A stretch of 64,000 nt of DNA from Selaginella moellendorffii (lineage: Eukaryota; Plantae; Lycopodiophyta), in assembly GCF_000143415.4 (NCBI RefSeq), contig NW_003314270.1, forward strand, positions 2,411,048-2,475,047. The letters run 5' to 3'. A program made the position numbers and the translations under genes. The notes beneath the pieces are model-generated. The model was not told the DNA's origin, did not search any database, and saw nothing but the letters and a program-made list of their open reading frames with translations. Positions 25,002-36,890 of the stretch are shown in pieces; within the stretch, counting starts at the first letter, position 1; each line of letters opens with the position of its first letter.

Positions 25002-26311
25002 CGAGCTTCCCTGGGAGGGCTAGTAAATGTCGTGAATGACTCTCTACCAAAGTTGCTCGTGTAATGAGTAACTTTGAGTTAGGGACTAGATCACGTACCT
25101 CAGTTTGGATTTCACCCGACTTAATGGCCATATGGGCTCTGGCCTTCTTCGAGTAGAGACATTCCCTTGAGAAGTGTCCCACTTCACCGTAGTTGAAGCA
25201 TATGTTGTTTCCCACACTGCTAGCAAAATTGACCTTCTTATCCGTGGGTTTGTCTCTTTTTGCTTGACTCCCCTATATACTTGCTTGCTAGCCCTTGGAT
25301 CTGCCTTTTCGGAACCCCAAGGACTCATTCTTAGAGAAACTCTTCTTGAATTTCCCTTTGCCATATGTTCCCCTTGGTTTGGCCCCTTTGCCAAACGTGG
25401 ACCCCAACCCTGTCGTGTTTCCCTTTCGCACGTTATCATTGAAATGCACCTTGATAGCTATATCAAACACTTCCTTGTAGTTTGTCTGGTTCCAATGTAT
25501 CACCTCATCGCAAGCCCAAGTTTGCAAGCCTAATATGAAGGCATGGAATGTGTCTACATCACCCATATCCGTGACAAGTATCCTCTTTGCTATAAACCCA
25601 TTCACATACTCTTGAATGGTTCCGGTCTGCTTCAGCCTACTCAGCTCATCCCTTAAGTGCAGAGTAACATTCGGAGGAACGTAAATTGCGCAGATCCTCG
25701 CCTTCATCATTTTCCAACTGACCACTGGTCCTTCATTGGCCTCTGTCGTTCTCCACCAAGACTTAGCATTACCTGCCAAAGTATGGTTTTGCACATAGAA
25801 CCTTCTCCGAGCTTGGTAACCGTAATGATCGAAAGTAGTCCTCCATATTGTAAAACCAATCTTCCACCACCTTATAGTCATTCACTTCCTTGAAGACTAA
25901 TGGGGGCTTTGGTTTGTACTTGGGAACTGCTTCCGAGACTGATTCCACTTCAGTCTGTTTGACCTTTTTTAGTTCCGCCTCAGTCCCCACCAAAGGTCCG
26001 CACCTTCTGCGCTGCCAGCATCTGCAATCTTTCACTTTTTTTTCCGCTTCGTCACACTTTAGCTTGCGTACAAGGGTCTCTAGTAGGGCATTGGTCTGTG
26101 CCAATTATCCTTCTAGAACATCCAATCGAGCCTTGGACGACCAAACTTCACTATTGGACTCCTGTTTAGAAGTTTCCTCACTAGAATCCTCCTCATGCAA
26201 GGATTCCTCATCCATAGGTTCTTGATCAATCGGAGGCTCCAGCTCTAGAGGACGTTCTATCTCTGCCTTGGTTCGTTTACACCCTACCTTTACCATTTCC
26301 CAGCAATCCAC
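25002..26311 (-). pseudogene. gag: Frameshifted gag of family B
   Basis: Retrotrans-gag motifs 'VEDWFYNMEDYF', 'LAGNAKSWW', 'LSRLKQTGTIQEYVNGF', 'FILGL', and a degenerate zinc knuckle 'CFNYGEVGHFSREC', spread over 4 ORF pieces. Confidence 0.88.
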
Positions 26312-26355
26312 CTTTATCCTTCGCTAGAACTGAGGAAAATGCTCCAATACCAAAT

Positions 26356-26775
26356 TGTAAGCCATAAATTTTTCTTTTCCAATTTGCCAGCTTACGTCGT
26401 CTATTTGACCAACACCGCCTTGGCTTTAGCTAAGTTCCCTCGCCAAGGTTCCCACTTATTGTACCAACTCCTACTTGATCCTATTTGGTTTTAGCTACTC
26501 ACTACACAAGCAATAGAGCATTATCCATCCATCCACGAATTCCCAAATCTCTCCCAATCCCCCTCCCCGGGTTAGACTGAACTTAAGGTTCAACTACACT
26601 CCCTATAGGCACAAGCAGCCAAGTACACCAAGCCTCTAGGTTCCTAATATCCCTTGATACAACAAGACTTGATCATAAGACCCTCTAAATCCCAAGTCTT
26701 GGGTGTAACTCTCACTTCGGGATGCCAAGGGGAAACACCGTGGCCTAACAACCCAGTATGGGTACTTCTACCCCC
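26356..26775 (-). repeat. PBS-proximal part of family B 5' LTR
   Basis: Homologous to 4432-4533 plus 23623-23930; diverges from the other LTR beyond about 26775. Confidence 0.8.
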
Positions 26776-27049
26776 TGCCTCGCTTCCTTCCCGAAGGGAA
26801 GGCCCAAGCCCTTAGGAAGGGCGAGAACCAATAAGCCACAAGGTACTCAAATGGGGCACCACTCCACATGAGTTAGGATCACCACAATTGGTTTCCCTTC
26901 CAAGAGTGGGAGTTGCTCTTGAGCACTTCCTTGGGTGGCCCCTCCAGCACCACCCGAGTCCATGCTCACTCCCACCCAAGACCCCTTGGCCCCACTATTA
27001 ACCTCAAGTTAGTTTGAAAGCACCACTAGAGAGTTCCTTCAAGATTGAT

Positions 27050-27940
27050 TCCTAAATCTCACTATCTTTACTATACTTTTGGAACCCCTTACAGACCTTC
27101 CACTGCAGCAGCACCAACAAAACGTTGTTAACACCAAGGTCTCCACCCAGAAAATGGTGGCCGCCAATATGGAAAACGCCAACAATGCTGATAAATATGA
27201 CTAACTTCATGACATGCCCAGCAATGAACATCATGGCCATGACCACGTCCTTGTCCTTATCCTTGGACTCGAGCAGTAGCAGCATCAACCTCTATTGTAA
27301 CAAGACTATCACCCATAGGAAGTGGAGTTGAAAGACGTGCAGCAAAAAGTGGAAGAAGTGACGTCTCCTAACATTGTGCCAAGCGAAGAGCATCATCAAG
27401 GGTGGTTGGAGCAAGTGCATGTAGAAGTCCAACAAGATTTTGACGAAGTGTTAGCCACAATATTCCTAGCTTGATCCGCTCTAATATATTTGGCTCTGTA
27501 TGAAGCAAGAAACTTCGGAAACAAATGCCAAATTGCATCACTGACTCAAATGGCCCTTGACGAAGATGATGTAATTGTTAAAAGGCATTATCATAATCGT
27601 CGGCATGTCCGAATGCACGGTTAAAGATGTTTGGGAGAACACTCCAATCCCCACGAGTGGCTATGCTCAAACCATTGTACTATTGCAACACCGTGCCTTA
27701 GAGATATGTGGGAAACTCACGCAAACATCTAGCATTATCCCAAGAATGATATGGGGCAATCATTGTGAAATGATCGAACCAAATACACATCGTCCCTAGG
27801 ATTCTTGTGAAAGAACTCCGACCAAATGCAAGGATTGGCACCAAGAGCAGGAGGAGCTGTACTATGTGTCGTGAATGCCACCATCAACTGAGTTTGATTG
27901 TTCAATTGCAATTGCACAACATCAAGCAATTGCACCAACT
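27050..27940 (-). pseudogene. gag: Degenerate gag of family G
   Basis: A minus-strand frame at about 27183-27225 reads CWACHEVSHIYQHC (CX2CX4HX4C zinc knuckle). It lies downstream of the G PBS. Confidence 0.7.
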
Positions 27941-28198
27941 ACTACTCCAAAGTCAAAAGAGGAGGAAACTACTAATTTGCCATAAAGATGAATGAAAAGG
28001 AAAGAGAAAAAGAAGAAAAGTGAAAAAAAAACTAGAAAGAAAGGGATATTTAGACAATGCAAAAGCTACATCTAAACCAAAATTCTGAAAGAAAAAAACA
28101 AAAGAAAGGAAATGGAGAAAACTAGATCTAGATAATGCAAAAGTTACATCTAAACCAAAATCCCAAATCTAAGCACTTCTCAAGGACAATCAAAGGTG

Positions 28199-28214
28199 CC
28201 CCACAGCTCCACCA
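28199..28214 (-). promoter_or_regulatory. PBS of family G, tRNA-Ala-like
   Basis: rc reads TGGTGGAGCTGTGGGG, similar to the complement of the tRNA-Ala 3' end (TGGTGGAGATGCGGGG). Confidence 0.65.
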
Positions 28215-28217
28215 ATA

Positions 28218-28391
28218 TGAGTGCATGGAATATAGAATGGAAATACAGAAAATGTGCATATCAATTAGCTTAAAAACCCTAATTTATATATAAGAGCAAG
28301 TGGTCCGGATTGAAACCAATCTGATGGCTGCCAAAATCCCACTATGCTAATATTAATATACAGTATCATAGTCGTACACTTGGACTTCACA
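28218..28391 (-). repeat. 5' LTR of family G element
   Basis: TGAG...TCACA, matches 1742-1916. Confidence 0.85.
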
Positions 28392-28482
28392 TAAAGAATT
28401 ATTTATATTATTTATTGACTGACTTTACAATGTGTTTATGACTATATTTATTCACTAGGCTACTCATAAATTACCATTAACT

Positions 28483-28860
28483 ATGTATTTAGCTTTTTTT
28501 TGTTTTCAATTTTTAATAGATCTTTATTTAAATGAAGTTATTGATTGTTCAAATCCTTCTTGGAAAAAACTCATGACTTGTGTTTTAGATATTTATTATA
28601 ATAACTATGGCAGAGATGTAAATGTTTTTATATATAAATCTTCTTTATCATTTGAAATTAGAATAGATCCAAATCCAATAATAGAAATTTTTGATTTTAC
28701 AGTAGATGGAGAGCTTTATCAATTAATTGTTTTTCCAGGCTCGGCAAAATATAAAACAAAAGGTGATTATGGTTGGAGTAATTGGTCATTCGAAGGATGT
28801 TATAAACATGATGATTCAATTATTGTAGAATTTTTATATTATAAAAGTAATTGTAAATAA
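28483..28860 (+). CDS. Small protein (or terminal exon) resembling a bacterial/fungal 'GDGGWINWAF' family; function unknown
   Basis: Open frame in very AT-rich DNA, with a conserved paralogue at 48483-48770. Motif DGxxYxLxVF...KGDxGWxNWSFxG. A possible splice acceptor at 28519 makes the true start uncertain. Confidence 0.6.
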   Translation: MYLAFFCFQFLIDLYLNEVIDCSNPSWKKLMTCVLDIYYNNYGRDVNVFIYKSSLSFEIRIDPNPIIEIFDFTVDGELYQLIVFPGSAKYKTKGDYGWSNWSFEGCYKHDDSIIVEFLYYKSNCK

Positions 28861-29588
28861 GAAATAATTTTCTGTATATTGCAATACTTTCTTTCCTTTT
28901 TTAACATAAAATTATTTTATATAATCAATTCTATATTATATTTTAAATATATATTTCTAATTTTAATATTTAAAGATGCAAATGTATAATTATGTTCTGC
29001 ACTATAGATTTGCTACACCATACAGCAACACTTACTTTGTATTAGAAAAGATAATTAAATAATTATTAATACAATAAGCTGGTAATAAAGATTATCAATT
29101 GAAGATTTTAATAATTAAATTTATTTTTGAATAATAATTTCCAAATACATAGCTTAAATATAAATCTGGTGTGAAATGACAATGTTATCTAACTACAAAC
29201 GTTTTGTTTTAATGGTATAACAATTAAAATATAAAAGAATATACTATAACATTCTGGCGGCCCTCCTGCCCCAAACATGAACCTTTTGGATGTTCTGCTT
29301 GATCTATCCTCCCGCGCCACCTCCCCCAGGCAGCATCGCCATTGGACTCTCGGGAGAGGGCTTGCCGAGCGTGATAGCTTGGAGCGCTCCATTCCCAACT
29401 GGTAACGCATCTCTCGCCTCGAATCCCTAGCCTGCTACAAGCGATTTGACATGAACCATGGGAATATTCCAAGAATATTCCATGGCCTATGGGATTTAAG
29501 GCCGTAATGCCTTAAGGGTTGGGAGGTTGGCCTAGGGTTCGCTCTTTTGTTCATTTCATTAGTATCGGAGCAGTACGTTCTTTTGGGG

Positions 29589-30571
29589 ATGGCGGGTGAG
29601 CAAGACATTGATCCTGATGAAGAGTATGGCGTTAGTGATGATAGCCATGATGATGCGGAAGAGACTCTTGATGATGTCGTTATGCGGCAAGGACGCCAGA
29701 TTTCTGAGGTTCAGAGCGACATAAAGGAGGTTAAGGATTCCGTCAATCTCATTAAGGATTTCTTGCTTCGCATGAACCCTCATTGAATCAATCTCATGTC
29801 CGTGATTACCAGTGGTACATCAAGCATGCCAAGGATTATGGTATCGTGGAATGGAAATCATCACCGGATGTTTGTGATAGTCAAGAGGTTGATTCTTGGT
29901 TGGAATTGTGGGAAAGTTGTTGGTCTCACAATCCTTGTGAGGATAAAGTGAAGATAGATTTCTTTGTGACGAAGCTTATGGGCCATGCTTCTTCGTGGTG
30001 GAAGAACTACATCAAAGCTAATCCGAAGCCGGCTTCTTGGACTGATTTGACAAAGGTTTTCTGCGCTTCGTTTGTCAAGAAGTTTGAAGAAGTTGATCTT
30101 GTGAATCAGTTGTTAGAGATCCGGCAAGAGACTCTGTCTTTGGATGCGTATGCCCGCAAGTTCCGTGATCTTTGCCTTAGTCTCACAGGCGAGCTGCTAA
30201 AGGTGCACTGTTTTATCAAAGGATTGAGCTCGGTGGATGTGCAACAGAAGGTCAAGAAGGATTTTCTAGCAACATTGACTGATGCTATCACTAAGGCTCA
30301 AATCTTTTCGCCTGAACCGTCAGTCAACTCTGTCAACTCTGGTCAACGAGATGGTCTACGGAGTAGTCAACATGATGACCAGCTCGCCAATGCTTCATAT
30401 TCGGGGAAGAAACAGCCATTGTTCTGTTATGGCTGGAAGCATGAAAATGGTAGTGAGGCTAAGAAACTTCGTTTGGACCAGCAAGAGAAGGACAAGGCGG
30501 AGGGCAATTGTTTTCATTGCCATAGAGCTGGACATCAGAGCAAGGATTGTTCTGAAGGGGTCAATGAATAA
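29589..30571 (+). pseudogene. gag: gag of element E (one frameshift near 29783)
   Basis: 'KLMGHASSWW', 'IRQETLSLDAYARKF', 'FIKGL', zinc knuckle CFHCHRAGHQSKDC. Confidence 0.88.
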
Positions 30572-30589
30572 TACGGTGACTGTGGTGGA

Positions 30590-32400
30590 AATTATAGGCA
30601 ATGATGTGAGTGATAGTGCTTTTGGGGCCGTATTGCTTCAAGTTAGGCATTGTCTCGCATTCATGAGCCACAAGTTTGATGCCACACAGTGGAATTGACC
30701 TAATCAAGAATGGCAACATTATTTATATGGATCGGACTTCCATGTGGATTTAGACTATCATCTCTCCAATATTTCAGTCGACAAAAGGATCTTCGAGGCC
30801 GTCTTGCTCGTTGGCAAGAGTTCCTGCAGGAAATGTCTGTTAAGATCCAATACAAGCATGGAGGTGACAATAAGGTGGTTGATGCATTATCCAGGATGGT
30901 AAATTCTATCTTGTTCGTGAAGCTATCCAGCGATCTCTTGGATGAGCTTAAGGAGTTTGTTGACTTCAACTCCTTTATCACTGATATTCGCATGAAGGTT
31001 TTGTTGAGGGACGCCTCTACGGATTTGAAGGGTGACAAGTTTGCGTTATTCGAAATACGAGATGGAATTCTGGTGAAGAAGAGACATGTAGTGGTTCCTC
31101 GTGTTGACAAACTCATTAAACGAATTTTGGTTGAGTGTCATGATGTGCCAAGTGCTGGGCATCTGGGGGTATTGAGAACGTATATGTTGGTGAAGAGGCA
31201 TTTCTTTTGGCCTGGGATGAAGCCAGATGTTGAGAAGTACGTACATGGTTGTTTGACCTGCCAGGCAATCAAAGTTGATCATCAGAAGCTCACTGGCCTC
31301 TATCATCCTTTACGTGTACCCAAGAATAAGTGGGATAGCATCTCGATGGACTTTATCACTAGTTTGCCCAAAACCTTTCAAGGAAATGATGCTATTTGGG
31401 TTGTTGTGGATCATTTGACGAAGATGGCTCACTTCTTCCCTGTGAAGACAACGATAAAAGCTTCTAAACTTGCTCAGTTGTTTGTAGACCAGTTATTCAG
31501 TCTCTATGGTTTGCCGGGTGACATTGTGAGTGATCGGAATCCTAAGTTCACATCCAAGTTTTGGCAAATGGTCTTTGAGAAACTAGAGACTAAACTGAGC
31601 ATGAGTAGTGGTGAGCATCCACAATCTGATGGGTAGACAGAGCGTATGAATCAACTATTAGAAGATATGCTATGGTCTTTTGTGGGAAACTTGACTCGAC
31701 AGGGAGTATGGGAGAAATACTTGCCTTTACTTCAGTATGCTCACAATAGCACTCATCAATCGGCTATTGGCATGTCCCCTTTTATGGCGATGTATGGCTA
31801 TGAGCCTAGGTCTTCTATGAGTTTGAATTTGGTTTTGGTTCGGGTTCCTCATGCTTGTGATTTCCTAGAGGATATGCAAGACAAGCTTGAGTTGGCAAAA
31901 TTGAACATGAGGCAAGCTCAAGAATGAGACAAAAGATTGGCTGATGAGCATCGTAATCATCAAGAGTACAAAGTTGGTGACAAGGTTTTCCTTAAGCTGT
32001 CGGATGCACAACGGTCTCTAAAAAGAGGTGGAAGTGCTAAGTTGTCTCCACGGTATTGCGGACCTTGGACAATTTTACAGCGTGTAGGGGATCTTGCATA
32101 CACTTTGGACTTGCTAGTTAGTTCGAAGATTCATCCAACATTCCATGTGAGCAAGTTTAAAGCGTGTTTGCACTCTAGTGATATCATGGATCAGTCCATC
32201 ATCCAAGTTCCAGAGATTGATGCAGAGAAGGCTGGTCCGGTCAATATTCTTGCTCAAAGATTGGTGAAAACACGCCGGAAAACAACTAAGGAGTTGTTAG
32301 TTCAGTGGAATGGTTATTCCATGGACGAAGTTACATAGGAAACTCGAGATGACGTGAAGAGAGTGTTTTCGAGTTTTGGTTATGACTTGGATGACATTCC
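30590..32400 (+). pseudogene. pol: Partial RNase H + integrase + chromodomain of element E
   Basis: 'DVSDSAFGAVLLQ', 'RLARWQEFL', HHCC 'HDVPSAGHLG...CLTC', 'ISMDFIT', 'IVSDRNPKF', 'HPQSDG', 'KLSPRYCGPW', chromodomain 'ELLVQWNGYS'. Nonsense codons at 31634, 31925 and 32336. Confidence 0.92.
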
Positions 32401-33589
32401 TGAGGAAGGGGAGAATTGAGTTTTATAGCCATATTGCTATATAATTTGAGCCGTTTGTTCTATTCTCATTCTCTTGTTTCCATGACTGTATTGTCATGTG
32501 AGAAAGTCGTATTGCTTTCTTTCTTTCGTGGCTGTTTGTCGCAATGTTGGTGTTGCCGTTTGCACATCTTTTGTCCATGGCCGTATTGCCTTGGACTCCT
32601 TTCATATGAGGCTCATTTAGCTTCTCGAGGCTGCCGTATGTGGCTGGGTCATGAGGGAGGGGAAAATGACATGAACCACAGGAATATTCCAAGAATATTC
32701 CATGGCCTGTGGGATTTAAGGCCGTAACGCCTTAAGGGTTGGGAGGTTGGCCCAGGGTTCGCTCTCTTGTTCGTTTCACGATTCCTCGCCGTAATCTTGC
32801 ATTCTTGCCCTCTATCGCGCCACCGGTCGTGATCCCCCACTCTACACCTGGAATTCATGGCTGCTCCTATCGATCCAGATGCCGCTACTGCGACCAAGCC
32901 CTACGCGAGACTCTCATCTTTCGATTCCTGTGGTTCCTAGAAGCTGCCTGGAGCTAGATCTCTACTTCTTCCACTGTTCTTCCGGACAAGCTCCAAATTT
33001 CTCTATAGAACCTAATGAAGAATCCCTCTTCTTCTTCTTCTTCGGGACGAATGCCGGGGAGCAGGGAGACGCCGTACATCCCGCCACGTATATTCCTCAA
33101 TCCAACGGTCACGGTGTCAAGAGCGGTGGGAGCTCGCTGCGGTTGGCAACCCAATTTCGCGCCCTCTCGTTTGTATTTACATGGTTTGGCATTTATTAGA
33201 GATATAACATTAGTTTCAAATCAAAAATTCCTTTTCCTTTCACTTTGTCTTTGTGAGGTTCTTTTTAAATTTTCGTGGGAAAGAAAGAAGCCCTAGTCCT
33301 TCCTACTGAAAGAGCTGTTCCATGGGCAACACGTTGCCACGTTGTAAACAGTAGTTACATGCGTGCGATTCATGCAAATATACACAAGACTTGACAACCA
33401 CCTAGAAAATCAGATTTTTCCAGGCTTGATATTTTTTATAGCACATCCTTCCAATACCATACCAAAAATATAATCTTCTTGACCTTAACTCTCGAAACTT
33501 ATTAAACTAAGTAACGCGATCAAACGTTTACGTTTGACATTGGAAAGTAAACAAACTAAGTACCTCAAACTTTAGAAGGTTCTCCCAGT

Positions 33590-36500
33590 AATTCATTCAC
33601 AGAGCGCCTGAGAAGCTGGATGTGAAGAGAAATGTAGTAAGGAAAGGAGCAAGCTCTTTGAAACTGGGAAATGCAAGGATATTTTCCCGTCGTGCACAGG
33701 ATTGTTGAGCAACAGCAGCTTGTTGTTTGCAACGATCGCCCTCACCAGAAGATCTGTGGCTTCCTCCTTCTGCTTGAGCATCTTATACATCTAGAACGTG
33801 AAGGACATGAAAGGAGTTAAGTTTAGAAGGTGAAAAAAGCCCTTCACCTCCTCTAGAACTTCCGTGAAGGAGTCCACTTTGTCGACCACACCCGCATTCT
33901 ACCGGCATCAAGAGAGATCCTTACCGAAGCTCCGGGCCGGCTTCCCCATCGCCTTCCCGCCAAAGCCCACCCGAAGAACCCTACTTTAAACATTTTGTCT
34001 CGTCTTCCAGAGCCAAAGTAGCTGTCACTGGAGAGATTTTCCTTGGCGCTCTTGGGCAGTGTTGATTTTTCTACGTCGCACTTTGCTCGTGGATGCTGAA
34101 GCAGCCGAGATGCTGAGGAAAATGGATCCGAGGACGCTGTCTGTGACTTTTAAGCTCGATGATCCTGTCGACAACTTGCAATGCACGCTCCACCTACCTC
34201 TGGGGCTTGGAGTTTCTCGGCACTAAATCACTCTACCAGCTCGAAGCTCCTTCCTTTACTTTGCGATTTTGTGAGTGGCAGTGTCACCGGTGATTTCTTC
34301 ATCTTCATTTGTACAAAGGCTGAGCTCAGTATGAGTTTCTTAAGTTTTTCTTGAATGATCGTAGGTTAATGTTCCACTTTCTAACAGAGAGCTCAACATG
34401 CTCATACTTTTTCTCATAAAAGGGTCCACCAAAATCTAATAATACATGCAATCTTATAAGAACAATTTAAAAATAGAAATTGTTTTAAAATAGATTTTGT
34501 ACTCAATCTCTGGGATGAGACTCCAGGATTTATCGAGCCAAGAGGAATTGAGTCTCATCGCTTGGCAAGTTTGTATTTGGCTCAAAAAGCAGCAGCAAAC
34601 ATTGAAACTTCTGAACAAAAATATGAGAAATAACAAAAATGTTCCATTGTGAAGTTTTATTATTTAAGAAAAAAACTTCCACATCAAATCAAACTTTATA
34701 AACTAGTCAAAACAAAAATGTTAAATGAATGAATGAAGTCATTTTGCGATGTCCATAGCTCCCACCTCTTCTCAATCTTGAATAAAAGTGATATTTGGTA
34801 CAGTGTTTTAGATCACCATATAATCGCTTTAGATATTTATTCTCGTTCCTTTTAGGGTTTTAAAAGATTACACAAAGGTATGGCGAAAACCTTGGATCAG
34901 GAAAAACCACGACGATCAACACAATGATGAGTGAGAGGCAGAGCCTCTCTCTCTCAGAAGAGGTAACGACATTGTTTCTTTTTTTCTTTCCAATGCCAGG
35001 GACTCACGTGTTTATGTGTACTTCAGACGCAAGCAAACAAAGAGCTTATAAAAATCGGGATTGCAGCAACGATCTTCAGGAAGGAGACTGGTAAATTCCT
35101 ACGTTCGCAGCACCACTCGGTGGAGAATTGGAAGGGGTATAGTGCCGCGAAATTGATCGAGACTAAACTTTGAAAGTGTTGACCTTGTAGTCCAAAATCA
35201 ATCACTTTTATTAATGGTAAAGCCATGGAAACTACAGGTCCGAGGCTTGTCGCTCCCAACTTGGCCATTCCCACTCGAAATGTCGATTCATAGGGAGATT
35301 GCTCGCCAAAGATCCAGTGCCGGCTCCTAAAAGGATTATCTATCCTGCTGTGCCTCCCACCCAGGTTTGCGATTTCTTGAATCGATTTTCATTTCAATCT
35401 TGCTTTTCTAGCCTGTCCCCATTCGCGGTCCGCGACGCAAGATGCGAGTTAGTTTTAGCAGCTGTCAAGGAGTGGAAGCTTCATCGGGAAGCTCTCCAAC
35501 TCAAACAAGCTCCATGTCCCTACAGAAGGTAGTAATGCATCCGCGCAGCGCAAGTATGATCGATTGCAATTTCATTGATAGGGTGCGACGGGACGAAGCT
35601 CACATTCTCGTGGATCACGTCACAGTGGCAAAAATGTGGGAGATCAACCAAGACATGCTGGCCTTCGTCGTCGTGGTCGAGGATGATGGAGGAATGACTC
35701 CATTGCTAGTTTTCTAGCTACCTGTCTCCACCAGGCCCCACGCCATCTAGAACAAGACAATTTGGCTGTGCACCGGGGGGTTCATGCAAATGTATCCTCG
35801 AGTGTGATCTTTACAAGGTAATGGCAAGATCATTTGCTAGTAAGATCATTGCTGGCTTTGTACTTGCAGCTCTGAATTAAACTGGCACAATTTGGAGGCA
35901 AGGGGCCACCAGATGATCCACACCGCAACCGGGACCGTCTTCACATGCCAGGAAACATTGGAAACATCTATCTCAGTCCAACAAAAAACATGAGTTTTTT
36001 TATCGCTATACACGTGTGATTCGCTGTAAAACAGCTTCCGCTCATCCTCAAGAAGGTAAGCGACCATGTAGGCGGCAGTGCTCGCGGAAATCCAGTCGTT
36101 GTCTTGGAACTTCTTCACCACCAGTGAGGTGCTAAACCTGTCCTTCGAATTCTCACAAACGAAAACGAGCCTTGAGTTGGAACCAGTGCTGTGGAGAGAA
36201 AAACAAAGAAATCAGTACTGTCAAGCAAAGCACAAAAAAGAAGTATGTAGTGCTACTGAGTTTGCTCGCAGCCTCTCCATGGCGTCCAAAGCCTACAAAA
36301 CTATCGCTTTTAGCATCACAGAGTGAAGAAAAGAATGCTGCTCGCTAACCTGTTGAGATTGTTGTCTAAGAGGGTACGAGACAACTCCGACGAGCATGAT
36401 TCTTTGGCAGCTTCTTCACGAGGTAGGATTTCCACCTAAAGAAAAGAAAAATATAATCTTGCACAACCCAAAGAACACTACTTTCGAGTGTCAAGAATTA

Positions 36501-36600
36501 CTTATTGCCTCTCAAGTAAGCTCTTCTCCTCTGCACAAGTGAATGGAGTGAGTGAAAAAAGAGAAACAATTTTAAAATCCACTTCGAATCTCAGAGTCAC
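33590..36600 (-). pseudogene. Exon-like host gene fragments, unidentified
   Basis: CpG-rich patches with short GT-AG intron-like gaps on the minus strand (e.g. about 33791-33848) and ORF pieces 33593-33790 and 35846-36121; no continuous gene model could be built. Confidence 0.3.
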
Positions 36601-36798
36601 TGCCAATCACTTCATTTCCGCTCCCCCTCCTTCCTTGGAACCATCTGGCACTCAGCCCAGTTCCAGCCTTCCTGCCAATTTTTGTCAGTAGACTATTCTT
36701 TGATATATTCTTAGTGTATGATGTTTTGTGTCAAGAATATTTTGTGAAAGTAGATAATCCTTTAGTAGTAATTGATATGCACATTTTTATATTTCATT

Positions 36799-36802
<4 letters not shown>

Positions 36803-36861
<59 letters not shown>

Positions 36862-36890
36862 TGTATGTATGTATATATGTATATATATGT
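36803..36890. repeat. (TA)n(TATG)n microsatellite
   Basis: Directly visible. Confidence 0.95.

Larger units (their letters stand above)
4432..27000 (-). mobile_element. Gag-only non-autonomous LTR element (family B, TR-GAG-like); right boundary approximate
   Basis: Left LTR is 4432-4533 plus 23623-25001 (split by element A1). gag lies at 25002-26311. Met-type PBS (rc of GCTCCAATACCA, 26341-26352). Right LTR starts at 26356 (TGTAAGCCA). No pol between gag and the left LTR. The distal end of the right LTR and its TSD were not found. Confidence 0.75.
1742..28391 (-). mobile_element. Old Ty3/Gypsy LTR retrotransposon (family G), outermost layer of nest 1
   Basis: Direct repeats 1742-1916 and 28218-28391. 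PPT next to the left LTR (rc of TCATCCCCTCCTCTT). PBS next to the right LTR. Minus-strand order gag-RT-RNaseH-IN. The flanks 1741|28392 continue the same AT-rich repeat seen inverted near 43940-44030. No clean TSD. Confidence 0.85.
29447..32778 (+). mobile_element. Chromovirus-type Ty3/Gypsy element E lacking protease and RT, with 112-bp LTRs
   Basis: LTRs 29447-29558 and 32667-32778 (TG...CA). TSD CGATT. PBS-like TAGTATCGGAGC. PPT GAGGGAGGGGAAAA. Confidence 0.93.
29253..33199. other. GC/CpG-rich gene-like fragment disrupted by element E
   Basis: 29253-29446 and 32784-33199 are CpG-rich against AT-rich flanks and join across the TSD; no recognisable product. Confidence 0.3.

Noticed and set aside
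27036-27040. CCTTC as the right-hand TSD of element B
   Set aside because: It matches the left flank (4427-4431) but is not preceded by a CA terminus, and the adjoining sequence does not continue the RT frame
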